Shown here: positions 50,761 to 63,100 of the stretch, in pieces
Layout: each line of letters begins with the position of its first letter
Numbering within the stretch: the first letter of the stretch is position 1
Source: Dicyema japonicum
Taxonomy: Eukaryota; Animalia; Dicyemida
Reading direction: 5' to 3'
Length of the DNA: 64,000 nt
Assembly (NCBI GenBank): GCA_011109175.1
Contig: RDEW01000019.1
Coordinates: 1,016,247-1,080,246, forward strand
The notes under the pieces: generated by a model
Told to the model about the DNA's origin: nothing
Seen by the model: the letters and a program-made list of their open reading frames with translations, nothing else
Database searches by the model: none
Translations under genes and position numbers: made by a program

Positions 50761-51479
50761 ACTGGAATGGATTCAAGGAGTACATCGATATCTGCATTTG
50801 ACTCTTTAATTTCGCAACTCATCCCTCGTCGAACAATTAGTGAAATGGTTAAGAGCAATTCAATAAGACTTTTCTCCATGTTTATAGTAATATTGTGGGG
50901 ACAATTTTTAAAATCAACAGTTTCAGCTAAAATGGACGTATTATCCTCACATTTTAGACAAAGTTAGTATTTTCACAGTCTCTCCAATGTCACTGTTACA
51001 AATATAATCCCCCACTGTGTGTATGTTTTCTAGAACAAACAGGATCAGCTTGTTTCATATCCATAGAGGATTACATGTCATTGAATTATTATAGCTTATA
51101 CTTGATTCCAGTGTGACTCCCTCTTTTAGCCAAACTTCCACCAGGCTATAGCCAAGAATCCAGAAATTGCATCTTCTAGCATAGCAAAGACGTGAGCGAG
51201 GATTCGGCTGATAATGTCTGGTCAGCTGATGAAAGCCAAAATTCAGATCCATCAAGAAACAGATATTTTCTATGTGGTCTTTAAAAAACTATTATATAGT
51301 AGGCCCTTGGTTGATTTAGAAATATTTTCAGGATTACAAAGGCGAGTGTGCTTTTCTATCCGCTCATAGCTTGGAATATAATCTCGTCCTTAGCTTGACT
51401 GGTTAATATAACTCCAATAAGTGTTTGATTACGAAAGCCACAAGAAGAGACAGATTTATCGGCTATCATGTAATAACAA

Positions 51480-53330
51480 TAACACCATAGACCACAGTTA
51501 CACAAACTAACAAATCACCTGATCCCAGAAAGCTCTAGTAAGGACTTCATCGTGGGCCGATGCTCTACCGTCGACCCCACACAAGCACGTATCGGTGTAG
51601 TGACTGGATCTTCGCAGTCACGACGGCGTGTTCCATGGTTCATTCGTATCAAGCTTCAAGAAGCATTGGTGTCTGGAACTCTGAAGAAATCCAACGTTCC
51701 GTGATTTGGATGTTCTTTTTTTGCTAGCCTCGATATTCAAGATGTTTGTCCAAGAGATGAATAGGCCCCATATTCCACATGCGTAGAAGATGCATGGTTC
51801 AATTAATTGTCTATATATATTCTCAAAACAGTATGATCTCCGTTCTTCCAGGAGCCTGTGAGGAATTTTTAAACATAGTTTTCTATTCGCATTTTGTAAT
51901 GACGTTCTCAACATGGGGGTAAAATAACATTTGCATGTCAAAAGTCACCCCAAGGATACTTTGGGATTTTCTGAAAGGAATAGCTTCATTGTTTGCCTTC
52001 AGTTCCACCATCCGTCTTCCCAGTCTCTTGTCTGAAGTAAATAGGGTTGTGACGGACTATTCACTGCTGGCAGTTAGGCGATTCTCCGATAACCATTCGT
52101 CAAGACGATCCAGATTTTCTAGCAATCTCGATGTGGCGATCTGGATGTCCTTATCACATGACACAATGACGATTAATTGACAAAACATGTTCGATAAGTC
52201 GCATCACATAATGCTTGTATAACAATTGAAAAATATGAAGAAATCTGGGATCTGGCAAAAGGTCTCGTAAATTTCCAATTCTTTGGATACGCGAAAGTAT
52301 TAAATCCACGTGATGTGTAAATATCAACAGTTCAATGTGACTCCACAAATATAAGAGTTTCTTTATTGGAATGTGGTCTCCGTTCTGAGTGAGTTTGGTT
52401 GGCCGGGCTATTTCTTTATTCTCAAAAAATTATAGTAAGGTTTTGACTTATACTCTTGAGTCATTTTCCATGTTTAATGAGTACTATTGTTTTATTGCCG
52501 AATCTATTCGTAAATGTACATTTTGCTCCCTGCAGAGCTCAAAATCCAACGGCCTGTCAATTGAGAATACGTTGTACATCCGGAACCATTAAAAAAATCC
52601 TCAATTAAATCGTGAACCAATCAAAAATCCACGTGAGAAATTGACAATGGTTTAGAGGGCTATAATAATCTTATGTTAACTCCAAATTTTCAGGAATATT
52701 CAATTGTGATCCATGTGCAAATCATAAATGAATCCAAGGCGAAGTCATCAGAAAGGAAAAGACCTGTTGAGGTTGGGGAGTCTGGGCATTGTGTCCTCGT
52801 ATATTTGTTATCTTAAGTCAGTTACCTCTTCGGTCAAGTTGTTAGTTTGTATACAAGAAAATGCTCGTGACATTCAGGTTGCCACAGATTAAGACCTTTT
52901 CCATTTAGGCAAAATGACTCCTCGAATAAAAATAAGAAAGGTGTTCGCATTTCGATGTTTTTCCAGCTTCTGTTGACTTTTCCTTGTTAACTGCCCATGT
53001 TGGTTATTTCTTAGATGTAATGTACATTGTAATTAAAACATCCTTCAATACAGGTTAGTCCACAGTCTTATTAATATAGATTTGGCTTAGTCCACATCAA
53101 ACCTTGTATGACTTTAAAGCCAAAAAATACAGTATTCATGTATAACGTTCACATTTCTGCTAATTGTTATCTGAGCCGATAAACTTATGGACATTATTCT
53201 TTAGGAAATCTTCATTTTCTATATTTCTTGCACTCCAGAAGCATTCTCTACAAACTTTAATGTGAGGATCCACACTCGTTACCGGGGCAGAGTCGTTATC
53301 ATTTTACATTGAACTGTCATTTTGCTATTA
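51480..53330 (-). mobile_element. Heavily decayed LINE (RT and C-terminus)
   Basis: YRQLIEPCIFYACGIWG; 3'-tail motif gggatcaggtgatttgttagtttgtg at ~51,500-51,527. Boundaries approximate. Confidence 0.6.
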
Positions 53331-53639
53331 ATATTTGATCTTAAATAATAAATTAAATATCACCAATTAAATATCTGCAACTGATCAAAATACAACTAGA
53401 AGCAACTAATTAAATATGATAATTTTTAAATTTTTAATTTAAAATAAATTTTTAAATTTAATAAAAGTATTAATTGAAACCTTAATCTTAAGCCTAAAAA
53501 TAAAACAACTGTCAAAAATCCCTAACCATAAAATAAATAATCTTTATATTTGGCATACCAAAACATTTTTAAAAATTCTAAATTGTTAATATTGCTTTAT
53601 TTTCAATTAACATTATAATCGTATTAGGTATTAGGTCTT

Positions 53640-56600
53640 AAACTTAAATTACTGATACCGTCGTACAATGAATTCTGCCTCACTTTTTGTGTTTGAGTGC
53701 CACTAAACTCTTTTAGTACTGAGTCTCCAGTCGATACACAATTTTCTTTATTATGCAGTTGTTTCTATTCCAACATATCATTGTTAATTATTAATATTTT
53801 CGATATGTAGACATTATATTGGAAACGCTGTTATTTATTTCAGATGTATCAACATCAATGTACTCATATCCTTATTATCCTCACTATTTCTAAATCAGGC
53901 GTATCTTATCCCATCATCTAAACATTATTAATAGCAAAATTCCTCTGTTTCATTAGTCTCATTAGTAAAACTTTGTGTTTATCAATGGGGATAAACACAA
54001 AGTTTTACTAATTTTATATTTCAGATGAAAATTAGGTGTGATGGTGGTAAATGGTCTGATAAGTATGCGCTCTCAATTCCCTCTAGCGCTGTCGCTAAAG
54101 TTATAAAATCTTCTTCACATCAGTATTTTGAGTGTATTATATTTGTAGATTATGATAAATAATCATTTGATCGACTTATCCTTCACAAAATAATAGTGAT
54201 AACTCCCTATTACCTTGTCTGCAATCGGTCCTCCGTATCACTTTACATCTTTACTGATAATAAATTGATCTCCGTATCCTGTTAATACCGGTAGTGAACT
54301 TGATTATGTGAGACCAATGCGTTCCGATTTGGCCCATGAATCCTTCAAAACCTGTTTATGTTCGGTTTGGACTTCAAACTGACCTGGGAATGTCCACCAA
54401 AAAGTGTCTGATTACAGAGCGAGATATTTTCTGTTCAGTTGGGATCGAATGTCGTTTTTTTGATTGTATTAAGGGACCAATAATATTTGTGGACTGTGTT
54501 TTATCAGAGTCATCACTGACAATCTATGTGTACGACTCAACTCTAGAAAGAGCTGCCTTCTGTGCTATTAATACAAGAACCACACAGACTGTCTCATTTA
54601 CTCAAGAAGGTGTTAATCATTCAAAAATGCATGTAAACCCTCGAACATACTTATACACAATTTGGCCTGATCCCAGTGGGAAGTTTAGTGTCATTTTTAA
54701 TGTCTCTGATGGACATTCTTTCCCAGTATCTACTACAGAGGTCACTAATTGTCTTTACTTTAGGACAAATTTAAAGAGATTAACATTAATGGATTTCAAA
54801 TATATTTTGTTTCGTTTCTGAACGGTATTTTACGAATATTTTTGTTCAATCATGATGTAGAGTTGGCCAAATATCTATTCATGTTTTTATATTTATGATT
54901 TTTTAGAGCGCTGAAGTGGAAGGCCTGACTTAAAGTTATAATTGGCAATTTCAGAATTGGGAGTCTCATATGTTGATAATAAATCAAATACAGAATTATT
55001 ATATGCATCGATAAACCCCGCTAAATCTATGTGGGTATTAGTCATAACCGGTAAATCATTAAATTCAGCCACATCTTCTGATTTGGAGATGAAACGTAAG
55101 GAAGGCTTACTTCAGATTGTTAAAAGGGACATTTGCACACAGACATATGTTTGGATTTCAAAGGAACTACTCAGAATGTTGCCAGAAAGTCTGGAGTTGG
55201 AGTTTGGTTTAAATATGGAAAGTCAGAGAACGCGCAATGGGTACATATCAAAGTCAACCATCTCCAATTGGACTGTCAGCAGCCAAAATCAAAATATAAC
55301 GTGATTCTGGCTCCAGTAAAGAGTTCTGGTGTTTATGAGCCATTTCTTGAGGCAAGTGTACTCATTTGTACGAATAATGACATGCAGTCAGTTCTACACG
55401 TCAGGTAATCTTAGAGTCTTAACCGCCAAGATATGCTAGTTTGTGAGTCCAGGAACTTTTAATCAACATAGATTTAAAGTTCATAATGGAACTCTTTAAT
55501 TCCCTATTGATCAGAAGAAATACAGTGGGGAGTTGAGTCTGGAGACGATTGAGTACTACAAGAAATCTTTGTTTTATTTTGCGATCATCAAAAACAAGCA
55601 ATGCCACTCTTTACTATTTTGATATTGTTCACATTTCACCACTTAAATTTTCACTATCGCTGAGTGTTGTTGATGTTCAGAAATTCCCAGTCGGATTCAA
55701 TTACTTATTCTCTGTCATTAAAGCGCTCGTTAGTTCCCTGATTGGAGTTACGTCTATTCCCATCACTATTGGGTATTTCAAAAAGAAATCTCATTTTCTG
55801 CTCTATTTTGGATAATTAACCAACCACTTTATTGTGCATGTACTATTATCTTCATATTTGTAGTTGGTTAGACAGTTCTACGAGGTTTTCCTTGGAGCTG
55901 ACGTCCTTGGCAACTCTTGTGGACTCATCCACACTGTTTCCAGTGGAATTACCAGCTTATTCTATGAGCCAATTCAAGGTGATGTAAAGGGTCCTGAGAA
56001 TTTCGCTCATGGACTAGTGTCTGGCGTACAAAAGTTCATTGGGAGTTTAGTCGGTTTGTCATCTTATGATTACTAAAGGGGGTACTGCTGGTTCATTTTC
56101 GTTGATATTTGGTTCTTCTGGAAGGTTACTCTCTTCATTTTCATTTGATGATAATTACGTCCAGAAAAAATCATTAACCGAAAAGAGCAACCACTCCTCT
56201 TGCTGTGCTTAGTTTTAGTATAAAGGAATTTTTGGGTGGACTTTTGGCTTGTTTTTTTGGTATTTTCATTAAACCTGTTGAATACGGACGACTTGAGAAT
56301 TGCAAAGGAGTCTTCAAGGGTATTTTCGGTCTTTAGCTTAGGTATATTGGCTGGATTATTTGGTATTGTCGTTCGTCCAGTAGTTGGGACTATTGACTCA
56401 CTTGCAAGTATCCTTGAAATGTTTAAACTGCTTCTTTATCCCTACGCCACAATCTTCCCTGTTCGTCTCAGTCGTGTCATCACCTCTTCAGGACAGATCC
56501 TTATCTATTCTCTTTCAGATGCTGAAATGAATTATTTATACAACGTTTTTATGCTATTTTACAAATAGACTTATTCCACTAGTAATGAACTGGTTTATTT

Positions 56601-56931
56601 TGGAAGATGTCGTACTCCAAAAAGAGCGATTTGCTTCTTAACTAAAAGGTTTGTTTGAATCTTTACTGTTTAGTCGTATATTTGTGTTGAAACTGAATTC
56701 CTTTAACGGGGTTAAGGTTTATTGGGATGTACCTTTTGAAAAAATTACCGCGAGTCCGACTTTGAACACCAAGGGAATCGTTTTCTATGTATTTTCCTAA
56801 TTTACCACAGGCTACGGATGTCTGCAGAATGAAGTACTACTGCCTTCAAGTGGATGATGATCTGGTTTTTATTAATTTATATTCAATAGGCATTTTTTGA
56901 GTTATTCACCAATCTTTTAAAAGTTTCTTAG
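53640..56931 (+). pseudogene. VPS13: VPS13-family gene, C-terminal part only (adaptor-binding, ATG2_C and PH regions), intron-retaining, with in-frame stops
   Basis: GKWSD, KIIVITPYY, ELGVSYVD, QLDCQQP...VILAP...PFLE, YFDIVHISPLK, RQFYEVFLGADVLGNSCGL...FYEPIQG, GGTAGSFS, KPV...RPVVG, LTKSRIF...W. Introns 55405-55430, 55840-55863, 56054-56078, 56320-56341, 56545-56568, 56649-56673, 56789-56810, 56865-56889. Stops at 54160, 54939, 55444, 55534, 55813. 5' boundary approximate. Confidence 0.85.
53965..54008. mobile_element. 44-bp perfect palindrome (19-bp arms, 6-nt loop) flanked by TA; putative micro-MITE in a VPS13 intron
   Basis: gtaaaactttgtgtttatc-aatggg-gataaacacaaagttttac; with flanks the stem reaches 23 bp (53,961-54,012). 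Confidence 0.6.
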
Positions 56932-57419
56932 ATTATTAAAATTACTGGTAGTCATTATTTATTTTTAATTTTTATTAATTTTATTTGCCATGTTTTGTGG
57001 GTTGATTATTTTGAAATATTTATTGAAAATTTGAATGGCATAAGTGTTATTAAGCACTTGAATGGACAGGCAGTTTCCTCTGACAATAGCTTACGAGGTA
57101 TGCTTTTGAAGCTATCTAGTCTCACGTAGATCATTGGTGACCCTTTGGATCATTCACCCGATACGACAGACTAGGATTGATGCAGAAAAGGATTTGCTCC
57201 ATAATCTTTACGAATACGCATCTTTTAAGCTCTACTTCAATAGTATTATGTCGCGTCCCGCCCGGGCTACCATCACTGCTGGTTACATTTCACTTGTCAA
57301 TCGACATGCGCCCATCGTTCTAATCAAAGAATTTACGACATGTCACCTGTTGTAATGAAGAGCCAATCACCTCCCCCGTTCATTAGTTTTGATTTAATTT
57401 GAATTTATTTATGTTTAGG

Positions 57420-57970
57420 CTAAGAGCCAAAAGACTTGGAATTGACATCAGATGCAGGCTTTACAACGCGTTTGTGAAACCGATCCTACTGTACAACGCT
57501 GGGACATGGGGAAGTTCCTTTCAACGAACTATTGAAACTGGATTCTTCCCATAGAAAGCAACTAAGAAGCTTACTCGGAATGGTGTGGCCACGTAGAATA
57601 TCAACCACTGGTATCTACAACAAGTGTATGTGTTCTTCTATCAGCAAGGAGGTGATAGATGCCCGGTGGAAGCTATTTGGGCAAGTATTAAAATGAACCC
57701 GGACGCCCCCGCTAACAAAGCGATGGAACATTACTTTGACAGTTGCGACAAACCCTTCCGCGGACGACCTAGATCGACACTTCCAACTGCCTTAAACAAA
57801 GATCTATATAGTATGAGAAAAAATCTAAAAACGGGGGACGACCTGGACGAATTGAGATCACTCGCATTCGACAGAGGAAGAAAGAAAAACTAACTATAAA
57901 TATTGTTTCTTTGAGTGTTGCACATGCGGGCCTATAAACATTATGGCTTTCGTGAAAGTGCCATAATAAT
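57420..57970 (+). mobile_element. 5'-truncated RTE-like 3' fragment
   Basis: KPILLYNAGTW, RGRPRSTLP, gtgcc(ata)n tail; imperfect TSD ttatgtttagg (57,409) / ttatgttttagg (57,970). Confidence 0.88.
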
Positions 57971-57989
57971 TATGTTTTAGGTGATTGAC

Positions 57990-60180
57990 TTTCATTTTCT
58001 TTAAGGAAAAGTGCTTTTTGGGTACTCAGTTGAATCGAAAATCAACTGTTCAAAACATTTCAGAACTCGAATTCTAATCACTAGGTGACCGGGAATTCTA
58101 ATCGGTAACGAATCTCTCGGTGCAGACTCAAGATAAATAATAAATAGAATAGGAAACAACGAATCTCCTTGTGGAACTCCCCGAGTGGTTTTAAAAAAAT
58201 TGGAAGTTGTATTTCCGATTTTGACAGCCAGGTGAGTCTCTTCTAGGAGCGAGGAAATAATTCTAACATCATCCGTGTCTAGAAATGTATTCAGAATGTT
58301 ATTAAGTAGTCCCCTGTGTACAGAGTCGAATGCACGACTCATGTCGATCCCCAGAACTTTTATGCATTTTTTGTATTTCTGACATATAGCGCCAGACCAT
58401 CTGTGCGTCCATACTATGTCGGCGGTTGATCTTTTTTCCCTGAAACCGCTTTGTCCAGGCGATAAGAATTTGTCGACTTTCCCTTTGATTAGATTTAATA
58501 CAATGATAGATAGGGTTTTCCGTAAGACCGATAATAGAATTATTGGTCTTAGACTGTTTGAGGGACCTCTAGGTTTCCCAGGTTTTGGTATTGGAATTAG
58601 CCATCCTCTCCCAATTCCAAGATCGTTTTTGTCTTTAAATGCTTTATTGAGTATGATGGTGATTATTTCACCCAATTCAGTGGGTCCACATTTTATTAAC
58701 TCTGCAGGTATATTATCAGGACCAGCCGCTTTCCTGTAGTTTAGTTTTCCTATTGCCTTGATAGTTTCTGCGATAATAATGGGGCAGTTAAGAGGAGCCG
58801 TTGATGTTATTGGAGATTTGTTTTCAATTTCTTGATTGTTAAAGATGTCATAGTAGTGTGAAGAGACTATGTTCGCCTTTTCAATAACATTCAATACTGA
58901 TCGTCCATGTTGGTCGTGAATAACAATATTCCCTGGTCGTTTCTTTTTGCTAATAATCCGAATGGCTTTGAACATTTTGGATCCGTTCTTATATTTCTTG
59001 ATTTCATCGACCTGTTCCTCCACTTCCTTTTTTACTTGATATTTTTGAAGTTTTTTGATTTTTGTTAAAATTGAGTTACGAACTATCCTTAGCTCTTTTT
59101 TAGACTCGGTATATTTGAATTATTAATTCTAATCCTCAAATTCTTTTGTTCTGAAGATAAGTATGATATTTCTTCGTTGTTATATTTGAATTTGTTTTTG
59201 TGAGTAGTCCCCAAAACCAACGACGCGGTATTCTTCATTGCAACACCAACGTCATTCCACAAATCCTTGTGCACTATTGTTTGTATTTATCTTGCTTAAT
59301 TCCTTTCTGAGATTTTCGCCATTCTCTTTCATCTTTATTTAATTGCTTATTAGAGTTTCTGTATCCAATCTTTCGAATTACGTTTTTCCATATCTTCCAG
59401 GTTTGCACAAACTTCCCACCAATTTGTGATCACTTGATGTTTCAAGCCGATCGAATGATCTCGAGTTTCGTATTAGGTTTTTGTTCCTTTTTCTGCACAA
59501 GATATAATCAATTTGATTATATAATTTAATCAAGTTGCCATTTTTTCCCTTTCGTGAACCAATCCAGGAGGTTTTATGTCTTGCTGGGTGTTCAAAAGCA
59601 GTTTTCGTAATAAATAAGTTGTAGGATTCGCAGAATTGAACCGATGAGACACCAGAGGAATTTCGACGATGTGATCCAATACAAGTCTCCCATTCCTTAC
59701 TTTACCAACTCTGGCATTCCAGTCTCCACCAATAAACGTCACATATGACGACGAAAGTGAGTCATATGTCCCTGTCAAACATGAGTAAAACGCACCAAGT
59801 TCTTCAGGATTGGCATCAGCTCAGGACAGTGGTCGGAGCCTAAACATTGATGATAGAAATAAAAGAGTTGGGCTTTGTTCCAAACTTCAGTTGCATGACT
59901 TCAATACGATCCAAGACAGCCCATACGCGTGTCACACGGTCGTAAAGATCCCTGTGAACCGCAAATCCAAGACCATAATGTCGGCAGTTAGAGTCCAAAG
60001 TGATGATGTAGTAATCATCCAACTTCGTAATAGAATATGCTGTAATCTTTGTCTCTTAAATGCAGCAAATATGACACCATGGATAGATAAATCACGTGCG
60101 AGTTGATGTTTTTTGGTGATGAACTTCAAGCCTCGAGTGTTGAAAGTACCAAGAGAGAATGGGCAACGGGTAATTAAGCG
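57990..60180 (-). mobile_element. RTE-like element, 5' part (APE, linker, RT up to just before YADD)
   Basis: FSLGTFNTRGL, IGGDWNARVG; ORF 58001-59023 with KAAGPDNI, RPIILLS, QSGFREKRS, IDMSRAFDSV, GVPQGDSL. Confidence 0.9.
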
Positions 60181-60968
60181 CGAAGAAAACATATTTTTAA
60201 AGAGGGACGTCACCACTTCAACCAAAAATAACATTTTCCAAAAAATGCTTCTTGAAGATAAAAACTAACAAAACGGAATTTATATCATTCAGCCTTGCAG
60301 AGAGGATATCCGACGAGACGTGGAGAAGACATTAGAAGGTCGGATTGCTCTTGGGGGACGAGGAAGATGTAGCTCGACTAAAAATCCATGCATCTGGTGC
60401 TTTCAGAAGCCTATCTAAAATATGGAGTTCGGGTAGAAGACTTTGTGGAAAAATAAAGCTTATGATATACAAATACTTCGTTGTGCCCATCCTAAAATAT
60501 ACCTGTGGGACATGGGGTTTTATATTTAAGTTTCGACCGCAGTATGCTTCGGAAGGCACTTAATATTCACTACAAAATGAAGATCAAAAACGAACAATTA
60601 TATAAGTTGAGCAAAACAGAACCAGTATCCATTGAAATCAGATGATTGAGATGGAGACTGTTCGGTCACATTCTGAGGATGGACCTGGATGTCCCGGCAA
60701 ATCACGTAATAGATGAATATTTCATGGAAAAAACAAAATCATTACGAGGAAGACCTAGAACAACTTACCTATCACGTTAAATGAGGACGAAAAAGCCATA
60801 GGCAGGGAGTTGAAAACAATAGATGACGTCGATGAACTAAGAGATCTTGCGAAACGGAGAGGCTTTTGGATGCGATTGGTGCAAAGGGTGGCCGGCACGG
60901 CACAAGTGAACCTTAATTGACTTTTGTTTTTTTATGTGTTCTCGGCAGTGCTGATAATAATAATAAAC
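60181..60968 (+). mobile_element. RTE-like element, 3' part (from just after YADD to tail)
   Basis: KCFLKIKTNKTEF...DETWRRH*KVGLLLGDEEDVAR, VPILKYTCGTW, RWRLFGHILR, RGRPRTT, gtgctg(ata)n tail. Confidence 0.88.
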
Positions 60969-60999
60969 AGCATATAGTTAGTTGCATAAAAAAAGATCC

Positions 61000-63100
61000 C
61001 AGGTTATGGTTGACAGTAATAATCGCTTAATTTTCAATTGTTTGAATAAGTTTTTCGCAAAATCTACATTCCAGTAGGGAAGGCAGAGTTATCAAGTACC
61101 CTATACAAGAAGTCAAAGCCGAGCATGATCAGGTGAATCAATGGCATTTTTCAAAGCCTATCAACACACTCGCAAAATTATTCCGTAGCTAGTTGATCCA
61201 CTGTTTAAGTATTGCCTGTTCTTTAGTTATTTGATATTTTTTTCTCGGTGTATTCAGAAATAAATATAAGATTGAAAGTTGCCCTAACATCATGTTGATC
61301 GGATTGCACGGCTATTTAAAATTACTTCGTTTATGAAATTGCCAGAACTTCAAATGAGGAATTCTATTTATAATCAGAAGGGCATTACCAATAACAAGAC
61401 AAACTCGACGATTAGATCAAAATGTGAGGAATTAAAGGTTCGTTAAAGAATGATCATTGTCCAGTCTTGAATTCAGATATCTCAGAATTGTTGATGTCCA
61501 AATATATTTCCGGTCATTCGAAAATAATCAGATGCAACAAATTCACACCGTCCAACCACCTCCACTGCGAAACCATCATTCTCCTAATAGAATCTTCTAT
61601 TCGAAGTAAAGATCATGGAGCACGAATTTTTTTGGAATTGTGTGTAGTTTGTTCTTCGGGTTTTTACATTGGTCTTGACATGATATAAAATAACTACTCA
61701 TTGTCGTACAAGTTATTGTGGTACATATTATTAATTTATTTGAGCGAAGTGGATGTAAAGGCAGCCTATATTATAAATTGGAAAATTGTTTTCTTGTTAG
61801 TATGTCAGAAATATTGATCATAGAATAATAATGCTTGGGACCTGTTCATTATTTATCAGATTCGACGAATTGGTCGTCTACTGTTAGCCGAAGATCTTTT
61901 ATGTTGAACAAGGGGTTTCCGATGCCAAGTTTATGATAATCATCTGGTATACTTTGTTACAATTGACAAAATTCAAAATTTTGTAAGTTTTTCGAATATC
62001 GACTGTAGTTCAAATAATATAATAAATTCAAATAAATTGAAGACTGTTTACGAATTAAAATTAGTTAGTTACAAAGATTAATGGAATGCTTTCCTGTATT
62101 TCAGTATGTGATTTCGGTTTGATAAAAATAGCGGCAATGACACATGTGAATATTAGTCCAACAACTCCAGACACGATTCCAATTATTTGATTTTTCGTCA
62201 ATTTTTTTACGGGTTTACTTTCAGACGAAATTAGTTTGTCAAAATTTATTTTATCTAAAATTTAGTCGGTTTTACAGTATTACGATGTTTAATATGTTTT
62301 TTTTGTCTTTAATTTCATTCGATGTTTGTTCTTCAAAGCATCCTTCATCTAAAATTCAGTCGGATTTATTTACCTTCTCCAATAAATTCAAAAATCAAAT
62401 CATCACGGAAAAATTGTAATTTAAAAGATGAAATTTCGATTGACACATTTTTATAGTTTTGTGAGATGGATCCACAGTGATTATATCCTCCCATTTTAAT
62501 TTGTTTAAATTGCTTTTTAAGTGAAACACATTTATCTTTTTATCCAACACAACAGAAAATCTATTAATAATATATTTTCCCATTTGTTTATACGCCGTAA
62601 TAATATTTTAGATACACCATCAATATATATTTATTTCTATAAAATGTATACATTATAGATAATCATCGAAATGTTCATCTGTTATCTAAGAATCAATGCA
62701 AACGTGTACAATTTCGCTATTGTCAATATATGATATTTTGATAATTCCACTTATTACTGCTCGGATTCTTTTTGTTATAAAAACCAAATCGGCGTATTTG
62801 GGTCATTTTTGGGTTACAGTCATTAGCTAAATAAATTTTAATAAAAACCTTTTGAGAAAAATGATCAAAAACCTTTATCGTGATATTGCAACTTGTTTGA
62901 ATAAATTGTAACAGATAAATTATTCGAAAAACTAATTTGAGTATAACCACATCGGTAGTAATCCCCATAATTAGTTTTTGGTCTCTTTGTGATATTAGTA
63001 TAATGTTTACCACCTTAAGTACAACAAAAAAACGTACCATAAACAACTTCTGTTATTAAGTCAATAGTATAAAACTCATTGTAGAAGTATGGAATAAGTT
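61000..63100 (-). pseudogene. Possible decayed single-pass membrane receptor gene
   Basis: Hydrophobic stretch IIGIVSGVVGLIFTCVIAAIFIKPK at ~62,110-62,190; weak Ig-like YGDYYRC upstream and weak phosphatase-like traces downstream; many stops. Confidence 0.25.

Noticed and set aside
50780-51300. LTR-retrotransposon RNase H or other transposase remnant
   Set aside because: No catalytic motif could be read consistently in any frame.
54160-55815. Alternative genetic code (TAA/TGA read as sense; VPS13 and ENSA both end in TAG)
   Set aside because: All three stop types occur in-frame in decayed elements at positions expected to be K, N/H, Q/E, W, L and G. TGA replaces GGA between the two ENSA copies, and frameshifts co-occur. 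Neutral decay is simpler. A genome-wide codon-meaning analysis (e.g. Codetta) would settle it.
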